This document shows, piece by piece, positions 48,705 through 60,860 of a DNA stretch of 64,000 bases. Numbering within the stretch: position 1 is the first letter of the stretch; the number at the start of each line of letters is the position of its first letter. Origin of the DNA: Heptranchias perlo (taxonomy: Eukaryota); contig NC_090332.1 of assembly GCF_035084215.1 (NCBI RefSeq), positions 35,030,001 through 35,094,000 on the forward strand, given 5' to 3'. The notes beneath the pieces are model-generated. The model saw nothing but the letters and a program-made list of their open reading frames with translations. It was not told where the DNA came from and did no database searches. A program made the position numbers and the translations under genes.

Positions 48705-51700
48705 GGGGCTCGATTTTCAGATGTCCGAGTGGGTGCATTCGTGGCGGGGGGGGCTCCGAAAATTGGGGATTCCCGGGGCGGGTCCGGAGCCCGGTTCCAA
48801 CCCGTCCACTTCCGGGTTCCCCAATGACACAATTAGATGCGCGCGCAGCCCCCGCATGCGGGACTCCTACTGGCAATTAATGCCGGCGGGATCCCACTTA
48901 AATCAATTAATTTGATACTTCAGGTCGTTAGGAAACCTGATTTGGAGGATATTTTTGGAGGGGTGGGATTTTCAGGTCAACTGAGCGTGTTTCCCGTACT
49001 GGGGGAAACACTCCCAGTTGAAATGGATGTGTTGCAGCCACCAGCCTGTGGGAGCTGCAAAGGTCCATTTGACAGGTGCGTCAGGGGGAGACCCTCACTC
49101 ATTGCAGGAGGCCACTCTGTCACTTTGGACAAAGTTTGGCCTGCACCACCATCCTCCTGACACAAAAAATCACAAACTTGCAACCTCAACCCCGGTGTGC
49201 AGACACATTTACCTACCTTGCGGACCCCCTCAAATGTACATCTTTTGGATGGGGGCCGCCATAGCTGCAGTCATGACCTCCTCGGAGGACGAACAGCATC
49301 ACCAGTCTCGCCGGCCACGCCATCCACCTCTGATGCTTGGAGCTCCACAACACAGTGCTGTGACACATCCACCTGCACAGCAGGAGGGAGGGCAACCGCA
49401 GAGAGAGATGCGTTGCAGAAGGCACTACCTTCACCACAGAGTCTACAGACCGAGGCTCAGCTTCCTGGACCTCTGAGGAGCAGTGCATACGGAGGCTCAG
49501 AGTCACTCGACATGTAGTCGTGGACATCCGCAGCCTTCTTGATGCTGAGCTGCTCAAGGCTGGCCCGAGCACCGTCTTCTTACCTGTCACTATCAAAGTC
49601 ATCACTGCCCTCAACAACTTCTCCGGATTCTTTCAGGGTGCCACCGGGGACATCGCCGGCGTCTCTCTGTCGTCTGCACAAAAGAGCCCTGCAAATGCAC
49701 CTACACCCATTCTGCAGTGACACAATGGATGGCGTCAGATGTGGGTCTTCATGCTGATCCTCAGGAAAGGGCATTATTGCACAAACCATTGCAAAGACGT
49801 GGCAGTAGTGGCGATAACAAATTTTTATGGTTTTTTGCAAAACAAACAAAAGTAAATCAAAACCATGACATTTTGTCTTACACCATTGTGCATCCCCTTT
49901 GTGCTCACAAAACCTTTGCCTTACGTTTACGGGAACCCCTACGTGGTGCTACCCCTGTGGCTTCAGCAGAGGTAGTGGCAGATTGCTCTTGTCCATGCCC
50001 TGACCAATGAGATGCTTTGCGCGGACGCCCTCTGGGTTTTGGTGCCCGTGAGGGCCCCTCCAAAGACTGCTCCACCTGCACCTGTGCAGGGGCAGACTCG
50101 GCCACCTGGAGAGGGGGCAGTATTGCGGGTACTGGTTGAGAGGGGGGCAACGGGCGAGACGTGGGAGCGCTTTGAGTGGTGTCCCCACTTCCATGTCCTC
50201 TTTCGCCATCATCCCTCTCCTGGCCCAGGCCCACATCATTCCTTCCACCCTGCTGGACGGCAGTTTGGAGGACTTGTGTGAAGCCTTTGAAGGCCAATTG
50301 TAAAGTATCTGTCAACCTGTTTAAGGTGGCAGAATGTTGCTCACCCTGAATCTGAACGGCCGTTGTCAGGGCCTGAATGGATTCATTGTTGAGCTGTGCT
50401 TGAAGCTCGATGGAGGCTAGCCTTTCCTCCATCGCAGACATGCCCGGACCTACCCGCAACACTAGCTCAGAGATGCCTTCACGTCCCTGTGACAGTATCT
50501 CGGAGATACCCTCCTGTATCTGTGCCACCATTCCACTCATGCAGGAGTTGGACTCCTCCATCCTCTGCGCGATTGTGGAGAGTGCGCGTGGCAACTGTTT
50601 CAGTACCTCAGCAAAGTGCTGCTGCCCCTTGATGACTCTCCTTTTCATGGCTGGCCCCCGGGGTTCAGCATCTGGGTCCAGCTGAGCAGAGCCTGGAGAA
50701 GAGTGCTCCCACTGATGCGGACTCTCCACGGCTGCCCCTGCCCCTGCCACCAGGGTCTGCTCATGCTCACATGTGCGTAGTGACTCACCAACTAAGTGAG
50801 GATGGGGACCCACCGAGGTGTGTGTATCTGCGCTGGTGGATGGCTGGCTCAGATGTGACGATGCACCCTCAGAGGCCGGCAGGTCCTCTGAGGAATCGCT
50901 CTCTGCAGTCACGGCGGTCACAGATGGCCCTGCAAGAGAACAGAAAGCGATATTAAGCATGTGGACAGATGTTGAGGTGCTGCAGATGCCAAGTGATGCT
51001 AAGATCATTCGCTATCATGAGTGCTGAGTATTAGATTTCTGTCACCAGCGCTTGTGTACTCCCAGTCTCGGCATCTGCCACGGACAGGCACTCCAGCGTC
51101 TGGTGACAGAAATCTAACACTTATTCTAGTGACTGCTGCTCCGCGTCTGTTAAGACCACCTGGTGTGGCGGGCCCCCTCCGGTTCTTGCCTTCTCTTGGG
51201 CATTCTGGCATCTCTTCTCCTATCAAGGCAATGCACAGAGGCGTGATTGAGTGATGGTTGCATGGTGACCCGCTGCATGCATTGGTGTGGGTGAAGGTAA
51301 GCGTGAGGGAGATGCATGGGAGGGTGCGTGTGAGACATAGCCATGAGATTGTATGAGGATTGGATTGAGTGGTAGTGTTCGAATGGGAACTGGGGCAGTG
51401 AGTACGTGCAGGCAAGGTGAGGATGATGGTTGAGTGGTTGTGAGGAGTGATGCGAGAGCGTTGTGATGGCAGTGCAGAAGGAGTTGTGTGGTGGTGGAGG
51501 TGATGTGGAAGACAGAGTGTGGGAGAATGCGTAAGTATATTCACTTTGGCTGACCTGGTTAGGTCATTAAAGTGCTTCCTGCACTGGACCCAGGTTCTGC
51601 ACACATTGCCGCTGCTGCTGACCTCCTCGGCCACCTCCAGCCAGGCCTTCTTGGTGGCGGAGGGAGGCCACCTCCTCCCATCCGATGGAAAAAAAAATTC

Positions 51701-52028
51701 CCTCCTCCTCCTTACTCCATCGAGCAGCACCTAGAGTGAGGAGTCAGAGAACATTGGAGCAGCCTTGCCTCTGGCCTGCTCCATACTCCAAAATTGGTCC
51801 TTTGCTGCAGTTGGAGCATTGGAGCACTGCCCTTTTAAATAGGGCTCCTCCTGCTGACAGCCTGTGATGCGGGTGCGCAGTGCGCCTGCTGCACAGGTCT
51901 GGAACGGGAAACCCTGAAGCACACGTAAGTAACTTCAATTAGGCTGCGATCGCGTGCGGAGCACCCCGAATTCACTGGGCGCATCGACCCCCCCGCTGCC
52001 AACCCGCCTCCCTCCTAATATCGGGCCC
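48705..52028 (-). mobile_element. PIF/Harbinger copy 2, same deletion-derivative family as copy 1, inverted
   Basis: Termini (G)GGGCTCGATTTT / AATATCGGGCCC. TSD TAT at 48702-04 and 52029-31. Collinear with copy 1 over its whole length. Confidence 0.93.
49905..51784 (-). pseudogene. Harbinger Myb/SANT-like gene of copy 2
   Basis: Exon 1 at 51784-51545 (240 bp, one TAG at 51731-33). Exon 2 is disrupted by an inverted duplication. Exon 3 at 50929-49905 is fully open with a CAG acceptor and ends RRGSRKRKAKVL*. Confidence 0.85.
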
Positions 52029-52332
52029 TATGGTGTCACACAAAGTAGGAGTGTATATAATTTCTGAATTTCATATCCAAGCCTTTAACGATATTCACAA
52101 TCAGGTTTACACTAGAGGATGAGTTAATCACTTTTGTTAAGATCATTGGAACAAGAGAAAGCGTGCCTGGGCCAGATACATTTCCATTTTGATCAACTAT
52201 GCCTCCAGGTGAATATGCAACTGCAGTGATGGTGTACATGGAGATATCAGCAGAATGGAGTATGCTACCCTGTCACACAAGTAGGATAGCATGGTTATGG
52301 GAAGATATCTCAGAGGGCTAAAAACAGAACTA

Positions 52333-52525
52333 GAACAACAACTTGCATTTATACAGGACATTTAATGTAGAAAAGTTGCCCAAGGTGCTTCACAGAGGTA
52401 TATGGAAAAGAATGGACGTTGAACCAAAGAAGGAGATATTAGGAGGGGTCACCAAAAGTGGTCAAAAAGATGGATATAAAGGATGGTCTTAAAGGAGGAG
52501 AGGGAGGTGGAGAGGCGGAGGGAGA
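52333..52525 (-). mobile_element. L2 LINE 3' end
   Basis: aacaacaacttgcatttata...ccaaggtgcttcacagagg; reverse-complement homologue of 38830-38965. Confidence 0.75.
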
Positions 52526-52652
52526 AAATAAGGAACACATAGACAGTGGAGGTATATAAATATTTCTATTTTTCGCTTTCTTCGTTGAAAATATGTTACC
52601 TTCCAGTGAAGGGTATGTAACCCCCTTTCCCATATCTCCCCTCACGTTTCTT

Positions 52653-53118
52653 AGAGTCATAGAGTCATAGAGTCATAGAGTTATACAGCACGGATAGAGG
52701 CCCTTCGGCCCATCGTGTCCGCGCCGGCCATCAGCCCTGTCTACTCTAATCCCATATTCCAGCATTTGGTCCGTAGCCTTGTATGCTATGGCATTTCAAG
52801 TGCTCATCCAAATGCTTCTTGAATGTTGTGAGGGTTCCTGCCTCCACAACCCTTTCAGGCAGTGAGTTCCAGACTCCAACCACCCTCTGGGTGAAAAAGT
52901 TCTTTCTCAAATCCCCTCTAAACCTCCCGCCTTTTACCTTGAATCTATGTCCCCTTGTTATAGAACCCTCAACGAAGGGAAAAAGCTCCTTAGTATCCAT
53001 CTTATCTGTGCCCCTCATAATTTTGTACACCTCAATCATGTCCCCCCTCAGCCTCCTCTGCTCCAAGGAAAACAAACCCAATCTTCCCAGTCTCTCTTCA
53101 TAGCTGAAGCGCTCCAGC
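52653..53118 (-). mobile_element. Young CR1 3' fragment
   Basis: (atagagtc)n tail and an open C-terminal frame GLERFSYEERLGRLGLFSLEQRRLRGD...GYGPNAGIWD. Confidence 0.93.
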
Positions 53119-53820
53119 CCTTCTCCTTGGCTAAACACTTCTGCAACCAAGAGAACAGGGTGAACTTCCTGTTCCCAGGCAACAACTCTAGCCTGGCCAC
53201 AAGGAGTTGTGTAACAGCAGCCTGGTATGGAGACTCTAGCCAATTTTTTCTTCCTCTCTGGAGATGCTTGGCCTTCTGACACACTACTGCGAAGAATGGG
53301 TCTGAATCTGCGTTCTTCTGCTCAATGGTGCTACACTATTGGTTATTACAACACCAATTTCAGTATCTAGTAAAATATAAATTTAGCAACCTTTATTTAT
53401 CCATTTTCAGTACAATACAAGCCAACAGGGAAAAGAAAATATGTTTAATACATTACTGCATATATTGCCATTGGCAAACGTGAATGAAAAAATGGCATTT
53501 CACAATGTAACATGGATTACCAAAAATAAATCCCTGACTAACATCACATAATTCATAAGCCTGAAGAGTGGTTAATTTTCCGTTATTTATGAAGTCCTGT
53601 CTTGCTTGCACCACTTATGGACTAATTTTATGAGTATCTTTAAGATTGAGGCAATATATTCATTCTGTTGGGACTTAATTTTGTGGAGGATTGCTGAATC
53701 AAGAACTGCTGTGCGGTAATACAGTCAGGTGGCAGCTGGCAAGTTCACTGTCATGGTTGTATACATTGTGGAACAGTATAAAATAGTGGGTAGAATTTCC
53801 ATTGTCCTTTTATAATAATA

Positions 53821-54915
53821 GGCCCTGAATTTCCTCAATGTTAGTTATGCCATTGCTGCACCAGAAATTCACCAACAGAAGGAGTTACACACAGCCTGGT
53901 TTGCATCACAGATGAGCTGGATGTCCTGGGAACGGAATTCCTTCCTATTCACATACGTCAGTGACTGCATATTTGGTGTCTTCAGTGCCATGTGCGTGCC
54001 ATTGTGGCAACCTGCACCCTCGGGAATCCAGCTATCCTGCAGAAGTCCCTGGCTCTGTGCCTCTGCTGCCTGGGGGTGATGCTCATTTGAATGAATTTGG
54101 CTGCTCTATGAAACAGTGCATGGTACGCGCTCTGACAGCTCCCTGGCTAATGTTGCACAGATGTCCTGAAGCAGCCGTGAAGAATGCAAAGCCATAAAAG
54201 TTGAGGGTTGTTGTCATTTTAAATGCCACAGACAGAACACTTGTGACAGTGGAGCGAGAATGCAAATTTGTGATGAAGTTGGCAGAGATACCCATTGGTA
54301 TCCTTGGAAAGGTGCAGCCGTTGGGTGCACAGCTCCTCGGAGAGGTCCTCATAGGACTAGTGTGGTCTGTACACACGTTGGGAAGACTAATACCTGTTGA
54401 GCTGTTGACCTCAGCCATGTTGCCTGATTCATCAGGCCTGGACAAGCCGCTGCTCCACCTCTTCCTCCATTATGATGGCATAGAGTGGTATGTCCATGGG
54501 TAAAGCCATCCCTTGTCTGAAGCCAATCTGAGTGTGGATTTGGAGGTGGCGGATGTCGGAGATCATAATTTTTTTTTCCGGCAAGAGAGGAAAGCCCTAC
54601 AGTAAATGAGGTGCAGGAGTCACCAACCCCTGACTTATCTGAAGTGATAGGGGGAGCTGATAGATCATTTTTTTGGGTGTAAAGTTACTCCGATTGCAGG
54701 AGCGGCATAAACCCAGGAAACTTGAACAGTACGGATATGCAAATGAGCCTTGAGAGGCTTTGATAGTTATAACATTTGCACTGTTGAAAAAATTGAGGAA
54801 ATCTGTGTTAAGTGCAATAATGACATAAATGTACCCAAATTAGCTAAAATGCAAATTTCGTCGATCTTTTCGTAATAACAGCATAAATGCTGAAGACACA
54901 AGAAAATTCAGACCC
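53821..54915 (-). mobile_element. Old Harbinger deletion derivative carrying the transposase 5' half
   Basis: Minus strand LSVAFKMTTTLNF...SGHLCNISQGAV...RIAGFPRVQ..(N)GTHMALKTP...YVNRKEFRSQDIQLICD. TIR-like ggccctgaatttcc / gaaaattcagaccc. Confidence 0.75.
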
Positions 54916-55396
54916 AATGGCCTAGAAATGTGATTGCGCAGTATCCAATATGTCGTGTGGCGTGTTCAGTCTGCAATAGAAGTGCACCACATGCCATATT
55001 GATTAAGGCATCCTGTCGTTGTTTAGGGCACCTGGTAGTTGTAGTAGGGGCATTTATAGAACAAAAAGGTAATCAGGGTCAGCTACCACTGCTACCACTT
55101 CACTTAACAGACTGATAGTTACTTCCTTTTTTGTTACATGGAGTGCATTAATCTTACACAATTACATGATACTCCATGTACAAATAAAGAGGGCATCCTA
55201 TAAAAATATTATTTTGGGGCTGTCACAAATTTGGGTTTTGCCTTAGATATTATCTCAGGTACAGCGATGCTAGTCACTCCCATACGCAGTCTGAGAGTCT
55301 TAAGTTTAGTGGTGCGCCTAATATCTAACTATATGGTAGCGTACCCCCTTGTGATACAAATTGGATATTTGCATCTTTCACATATGCCCACATGTG

Positions 55397-55605
55397 TGTT
55401 TTAAATGGATAGCCATGTGGTAAAGGATAGAATACCAGAGCCTGGTCTTTAGTTGTTTCCAAGCCTTTATTATAGAGATTCCTCTTACACACACACACCA
55501 TACCCTAGATAAGCTCTCCTATAAAAGGGATACAAGAGAGTCCCCTATTGATACCCACCACCTGAATACAATCAACACTCATTGATATAAATCATAAAAT
55601 TAACA
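55397..55605 (-). mobile_element. Solo LTR
   Basis: TGTT...AACA termini, perfect 5-bp TSD ATGTG (55392-96, 55606-10), minus-strand AATAAA. Homologous to 23087-23300. Confidence 0.85.
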
Positions 55606-57339
55606 ATGTGTGCTTCTCCAATCTTTTTGAAGGGGGCCAAGAAAACACTTCGTAAGACAAGACCAAATATGAATCATTAAGTTGTTTTATTTCACAGCAA
55701 GTAACAGCAAGTACAGAGTAACAGTTATGGACGTGTTATATTTCCCCACATTAGTGGGCTCTCCTGCTTGACTGAAACAAGAATTGCTTCTATCTATCCT
55801 CCTGCATTCTAACTTCCTAAGCCTGGTGGAAGTTGATCCTACCAGCTTTGTGTTTGAAAGCCTCAACCTCACTTTGTGTTTTTGTCTCTGTTTTTATCTC
55901 CCCGTGCTCACAACCAGAGGGGAGGCTCTGTGCCCCTGCTCTGCTGGCAGGGCCTCAAATGCAACCAACAGGAATCGGAAAATCAGATGCCTGACCTAAC
56001 ATGCCCAATATTCCAACTGAGAATTTGAGCCAAAGAAATAAGGCGAACATGCTGCATGTGTGACCTCATTTTAATACTTGAATAACTAGATTTTGGTCCC
56101 TCATCAAATTCTCTGACTTTGGGTTAGGCTCTACCCACATCATGAGCCTTACCCACAAAAAACCTCCTGAAAGCAGTGAAGCATACACGCCAACCTAGAA
56201 AACTAGCAATTGCTGACCAATAATTTCAAAAAAAAGCCGACACAATTCAAAAAACAACTCTGAATATAGACCTATGACATGTAAAGGAGTTAGACCAAGA
56301 GTGTAGTGGAACATGAGCTTGTCATAACCTTCAGGTGTACTCAACATTCCATCACTTTCATTGTAGCAATGGTGAGTGAGAAATTACTGAAGAGGGATGT
56401 GAGTGTTGAAGGCACGAGAATTATTCTCTATGGGGGCTTGCCAGAATATTTAGATTTTTGGTGCCTGATTTGGTGCATTTATAGGCATTTTGGAGCCTAC
56501 TGAAATTCTGAGTGTGAATGTCAATATAATTTTTTTAACTTAAGTAAAATGCATCATTATTCCAATTCCACTCCCTACTTTATTATCAAGCCTAGGTAAT
56601 TCCACAAATACAGTGACAGGAATTGTCAAATAAAGCCAATTAATACCAGGGAATCATCACTTATTTCAAAAAAGCAGCGGCAACTAGTATTGAAGAAAAT
56701 AAATCATCAGATAAAACAATAGCCAAGCATGCTCCAGAAAGTTCCTTTTGAAAAAATGTATTTAGAATGTAAATTTTAGCAGCATATTTGTTATATATAA
56801 TTATTTGAGGATAAACACTAAATAGACACACCTGTAAGTGGGATTCTCATAAATTTTATGCCATTTTAAAGTTTTCTGCTTAAGTTTGTACACAAAAAAA
56901 GTGGGAAGAAGATTGGTTCAAGTCCCGATCTCTAACCTATCTGGTTTTGACAGGCTTCAGTCCCGTCTTCCAAATGATTCCAAAGCCAATGTAAAAGCTG
57001 ATTTTCTTGTAAAACATTAACAAGCTGACACATGGTTTGAAAAACTGACTCTCAGCTTCAGAAACTGGCAGTTGGCTTGTATAAGTGAAGCCTGTTTAGT
57101 AGGCCTTCTTAAAAGTAATTTTTGTTTTTATGCTTTCAAATACCGTTGGCTCATTTTGATGCTTGTATTAGTTGGTGTCTACTGGCTTTGACATTGCAAC
57201 TTACTAAGAGGTGAGAATGGTTATTTCTTCAGAGGATCAAGTGTGCTACATAACTTATATGAGAAGAATTCATGACGAACTAACAAATGCAGGTGCAAAT
57301 GATCCATGAGTTGTTTTGGCCACATCCATCACTACCCTG

Positions 57340-57950
57340 GAACCTGCAACTGGACATATCAGAGGAGACCCGTTTCTCCATTTCCACTTCGCAAGACAGA
57401 CTGCCGCAGAGTTGTACTTTCTCCTGCCCAACAGCTCGATTAGGGAGGGTTGTTGCCAAGGAAGTGAATATTACCGCAGCGTGAAGCTTTTGTGACACCT
57501 CTTCCTCACAAGGTACCCCAGAAGATATCTGTCACATCAAGCAGTCTACAGTGCACTTACGTCAGCAAAGTGACAACCATTATATTTGGAAGGACAACAT
57601 CATAATTTTTCCTTTGGATGGAGGCCTCAGATGGACAGGATGTTCAGCTTTCAAGTGCCAAGGTTACATGTGAAACTATGTGTGCATCAGGGTTCATCAT
57701 ATTAACACCATGGCCTTCATGTAGCCAGGGTTTGCACTCAATTAATGTTCAGAAAGTATCTGGCAATAGAAGTATCATTATACATATCAGTGGCAGTTAT
57801 CCAGGAGGTAGCCATGATGCCATCTATATGCAGTAGTCCACAGTGGTTGCATTTCAGGAAGGAGCAGAAACACTGAGAAGGTTGGTTCTTAGGATACCAA
57901 GACTAAACTCTGTACCCATGGCTGCTGACCCCACTAAGAAACCCCCAACA
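57340..57950 (+). pseudogene. Ancient HARBI1-like transposase fossil
   Basis: LDISEE; LPKEVNITAA*SF...SQGTPEDICHIKQSTVH; QGLHSINVQ...YPGGSHDA; GWFLG...YPWLLTPLRNP. Confidence 0.8.
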
Positions 57951-58619
57951 GCAGAAGAGGCATTTTTTGCTCGTTAGTGAATTCTGCTTCCTACCATTTT
58001 ATTTTATTCTAGCTCCCTGCAATAAATTCCCTGCTATGGAGATCTAGGAGGCCCTTTGTTCCTTATTCCTTTTGTGTTTTTAAACATTTCTGAGAGCCCC
58101 TTACCTCCTCTCTCCTTTTTATTTTCCATTTTTAATGCTATTCCTGACCTCCTTCTCTCCTTTGTGAAACAAATTCAAAGGCAACTAAAAAAATATGTTG
58201 CGCCCCTTATCTTGATATTATATCTGCATTGATTTCTTTTCATACACCAGGGGATTCAAGTTGAAAATTGGGAAGTTGGGAATAAGAAGTGCAGTCAGGC
58301 AGCACTTTTGAAACCAAAGTGTAACAGACTTGTGAAATAATTTACCAGGGAGGGCCAATGAAGCAGACAGTGTAGCTCCAATTTTCTGAGTCTGACTAAA
58401 ATGGGGCTATGTGTCGTGCAGCACAGAAGGCTAGCTTGGGTCAATCTTCTGATGGGAGTCTCTCTCCCTAATTTGAATGGGCCACAGGCACAGCAAAGGC
58501 TTGCTCAGAAAGCTTGGCCTTGTCTGGGGATTGAAAATTTGGCCAGAGAGCGGCTCTTAAAGATCAAGTTATCGTGAGGACAGAAAATGGAGTCATTGAC
58601 CATAATGGTATAGCGGTGA

Positions 58620-58755
58620 CAAGTGGGCAACACTTCTTTCCTGTTGAAAGGTTGGAAGTCTTGCTGCAGGAGCTGTACCAAAGGAGGATGGCCCTATTTG
58701 GGGCTGAAGACCACACTTCGGTAAAAGCACAGGTACCAGCTGCATGGAAGGCTGG
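58620..58755 (+). pseudogene. Myb/SANT-like exon fossil (Harbinger ORF type)
   Basis: HFFPVERLEVLLQELYQRRMALFG...AAW resembles RF...LEVLL..V..RR..LF...AW of the copy 1 and 3 Myb proteins. Confidence 0.5.
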
Positions 58756-58989
58756 GAACCTAAGCATTTCTTTGATGTGCCACATCTGCCACCTCCACCA
58801 GCAGGAGAAGTGTGCCACGTAGCTCCATTTGGAAAATGAGCGATTGAGTGTAAATGTTAGCAAAAACTTTCTTCTCCACAAAATAGTTGGGGCTGAGATG
58901 ATTAAATCCTTTTAAAAAAAGAGCTGGATAAATATCTAGTTGGGAATGGGATTGATGGTTACAGAGATAGGTATAGACAGAGATGATCA

Positions 58990-59572
58990 AAGAATCATAG
59001 AATGATACAGCACAGAAAGAAGCCACTCGGCTTATCGTGCCTGTGCCTGCTCTTTGAAAGAGCTATCCAACTAGTCCCACTCCCCTGCTCTTTCCCCATT
59101 GCTCTGCAAATTTTTCCCCTTCAAGTATTTATCCAATTCCCTTTTGAAAGTTATTATTGAATCTGCTTCCACCACCCATCCCAGATCATAACAACTCGCT
59201 GCATAATTTTTTTCCCTCATGTCACCTCTGATTCTTTTGCCAATTACCTTAAATCTGTGTCCTCTGGTTACCGACCCTTCTGCTATTGAAAACAGTTTCT
59301 CCTTAATTACGCTTATCAAAACCCTTCATGACTTTGAACACCTCTATCAAATCTCCCCTTAGCCCTTGCTGCTCTAAGGAGAACAGCCCCAGTTTCTCTA
59401 TTCTCTCCACGTAACTGAATTCTTTTATCCCTGGTACCATTCTAGTAAATCTCCTCTGCACCCTCTCTAAGGCCTTGGCATCCTTCCTAAAGCGTGGTGC
59501 CCAGAATTAAACACAATTCTCAAGCTGGGGCCTAACCAGTGTTTTATAAAGATTTGGCATAACTTCCTTGCT
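58990..59572 (-). mobile_element. CR1 3' fragment
   Basis: Tail agaatcatagaatg and ORF 59071-59319 (SVTRGHRFKVIGKR). Confidence 0.9.
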
Positions 59573-59579
59573 TCAAATA

Positions 59580-60860
59580 CTCCACGGGTCACAATAGTTC
59601 CTGCAGTAGTCCAGAATAGTGGAGGTAGCTTGAATTATAAAAACGCTGGCGCTTTTCTTGATTACTTTTGGCGATTGGAAAGTTTTTAATGTAAAACTTT
59701 CCCTCAGATGATTGAAGAGTGGTGGAGTATCCATGATTAGGTAGATTTTACATGGTTCGTGGAAGAAATGGATTTGGTGGGCTAAATTACCTTCTCTTGT
59801 TCCAAGCTTTCTTACTTTCTTGTTACATTTAACATAATAAAAATAGTTTATAGGGCACGTGTGACTTTGGACAAAAGGAGGTCTGATGCGAGAAGCTAGA
59901 TGCTGAAGGAACAATTGTCATATGATATGGGGATGTCCAGATTTGGAAGGGTAATGAAAGAGCTTTCATGATACATTTTATGGCCTGAAGGAACATATTT
60001 TGGAAAAGGTTCAAAACATCAGATTTTTGCTAGTCATCCAGTTGGCAAAGCACACTGCTCTGTCCTGGAAAAATCAGATGCGCCAAGATTCCGACAATAG
60101 AAGACTGTATTTATGGTGTGGCTCACCTGGAAAGAATTACAAGGCAACACCAGGGAGAATGAAGATTTATAATAGGATGCAGGCTGAAATGTGGGAGGCA
60201 GTAAAGAAGGATGCCTTCATAGGAGAAAGGCCCAAGATAAAGAATACAAATGTAAAAACTTTGGAATGTAAGCTCAGAATCTTGTTGGATGATTTTCTTT
60301 GTTTTGAATAAGAAATAAAGTTGGAGGAAGAGATACATAACATGACTAGAGTTGTTGAAATGTTGGATGTGCTTATATGGGCAATTTGTGTCTCAAAAGG
60401 GTCTTGCCATTATACATTATATTTGTCAGAAAAAGTTAAGGACAAGAAAAAAACACTTGACCCATCAAAGCTATCCTTCCAGTACGATAATTCTCCCACA
60501 ATATCATCCAGATGCATTTTGAGCAGCTGTAATGTTTTTGTCTCCACTGCTTTGTCTGGAGAATATTCCATAACATTGATCACACTTTTCACTGAAGAAG
60601 TTCTCCCTAAGATCTGTTTTAAACTTACTTCTCACTAATTTAAATTTATGTCTTCTGGTCCTACTCTTCTGGCTAATATTTGGAGTTACCTTCTCTATAG
60701 TATTTAATATTTTATATACCTCAATGAAGTCCCTATTAATTACCTTTTTTTGAGACGGTAGAGCTTGAACTCTGATGTTTCCTGATAGCTCATTTACTTT
60801 GCACTCAGGATCATTCTTGTTGCTTTTCTCTGCATCCTCTCCAACGCTATGTTTCTGCCT
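59580..60860. mobile_element. Decayed LINE (CR1-like) fragments, + strand at about 59580-60330 and - strand at about 60450-60860
   Basis: LERMQRKATRMI on the minus strand. The + part is only weakly CR1-like. Confidence 0.4.

Noticed and set aside
8994-52028. Single 43-kb composite transposon bounded by copies 1 and 2
   Set aside because: Each copy has its own TSD pair, and the MTARC exons remain collinear across the left boundary.
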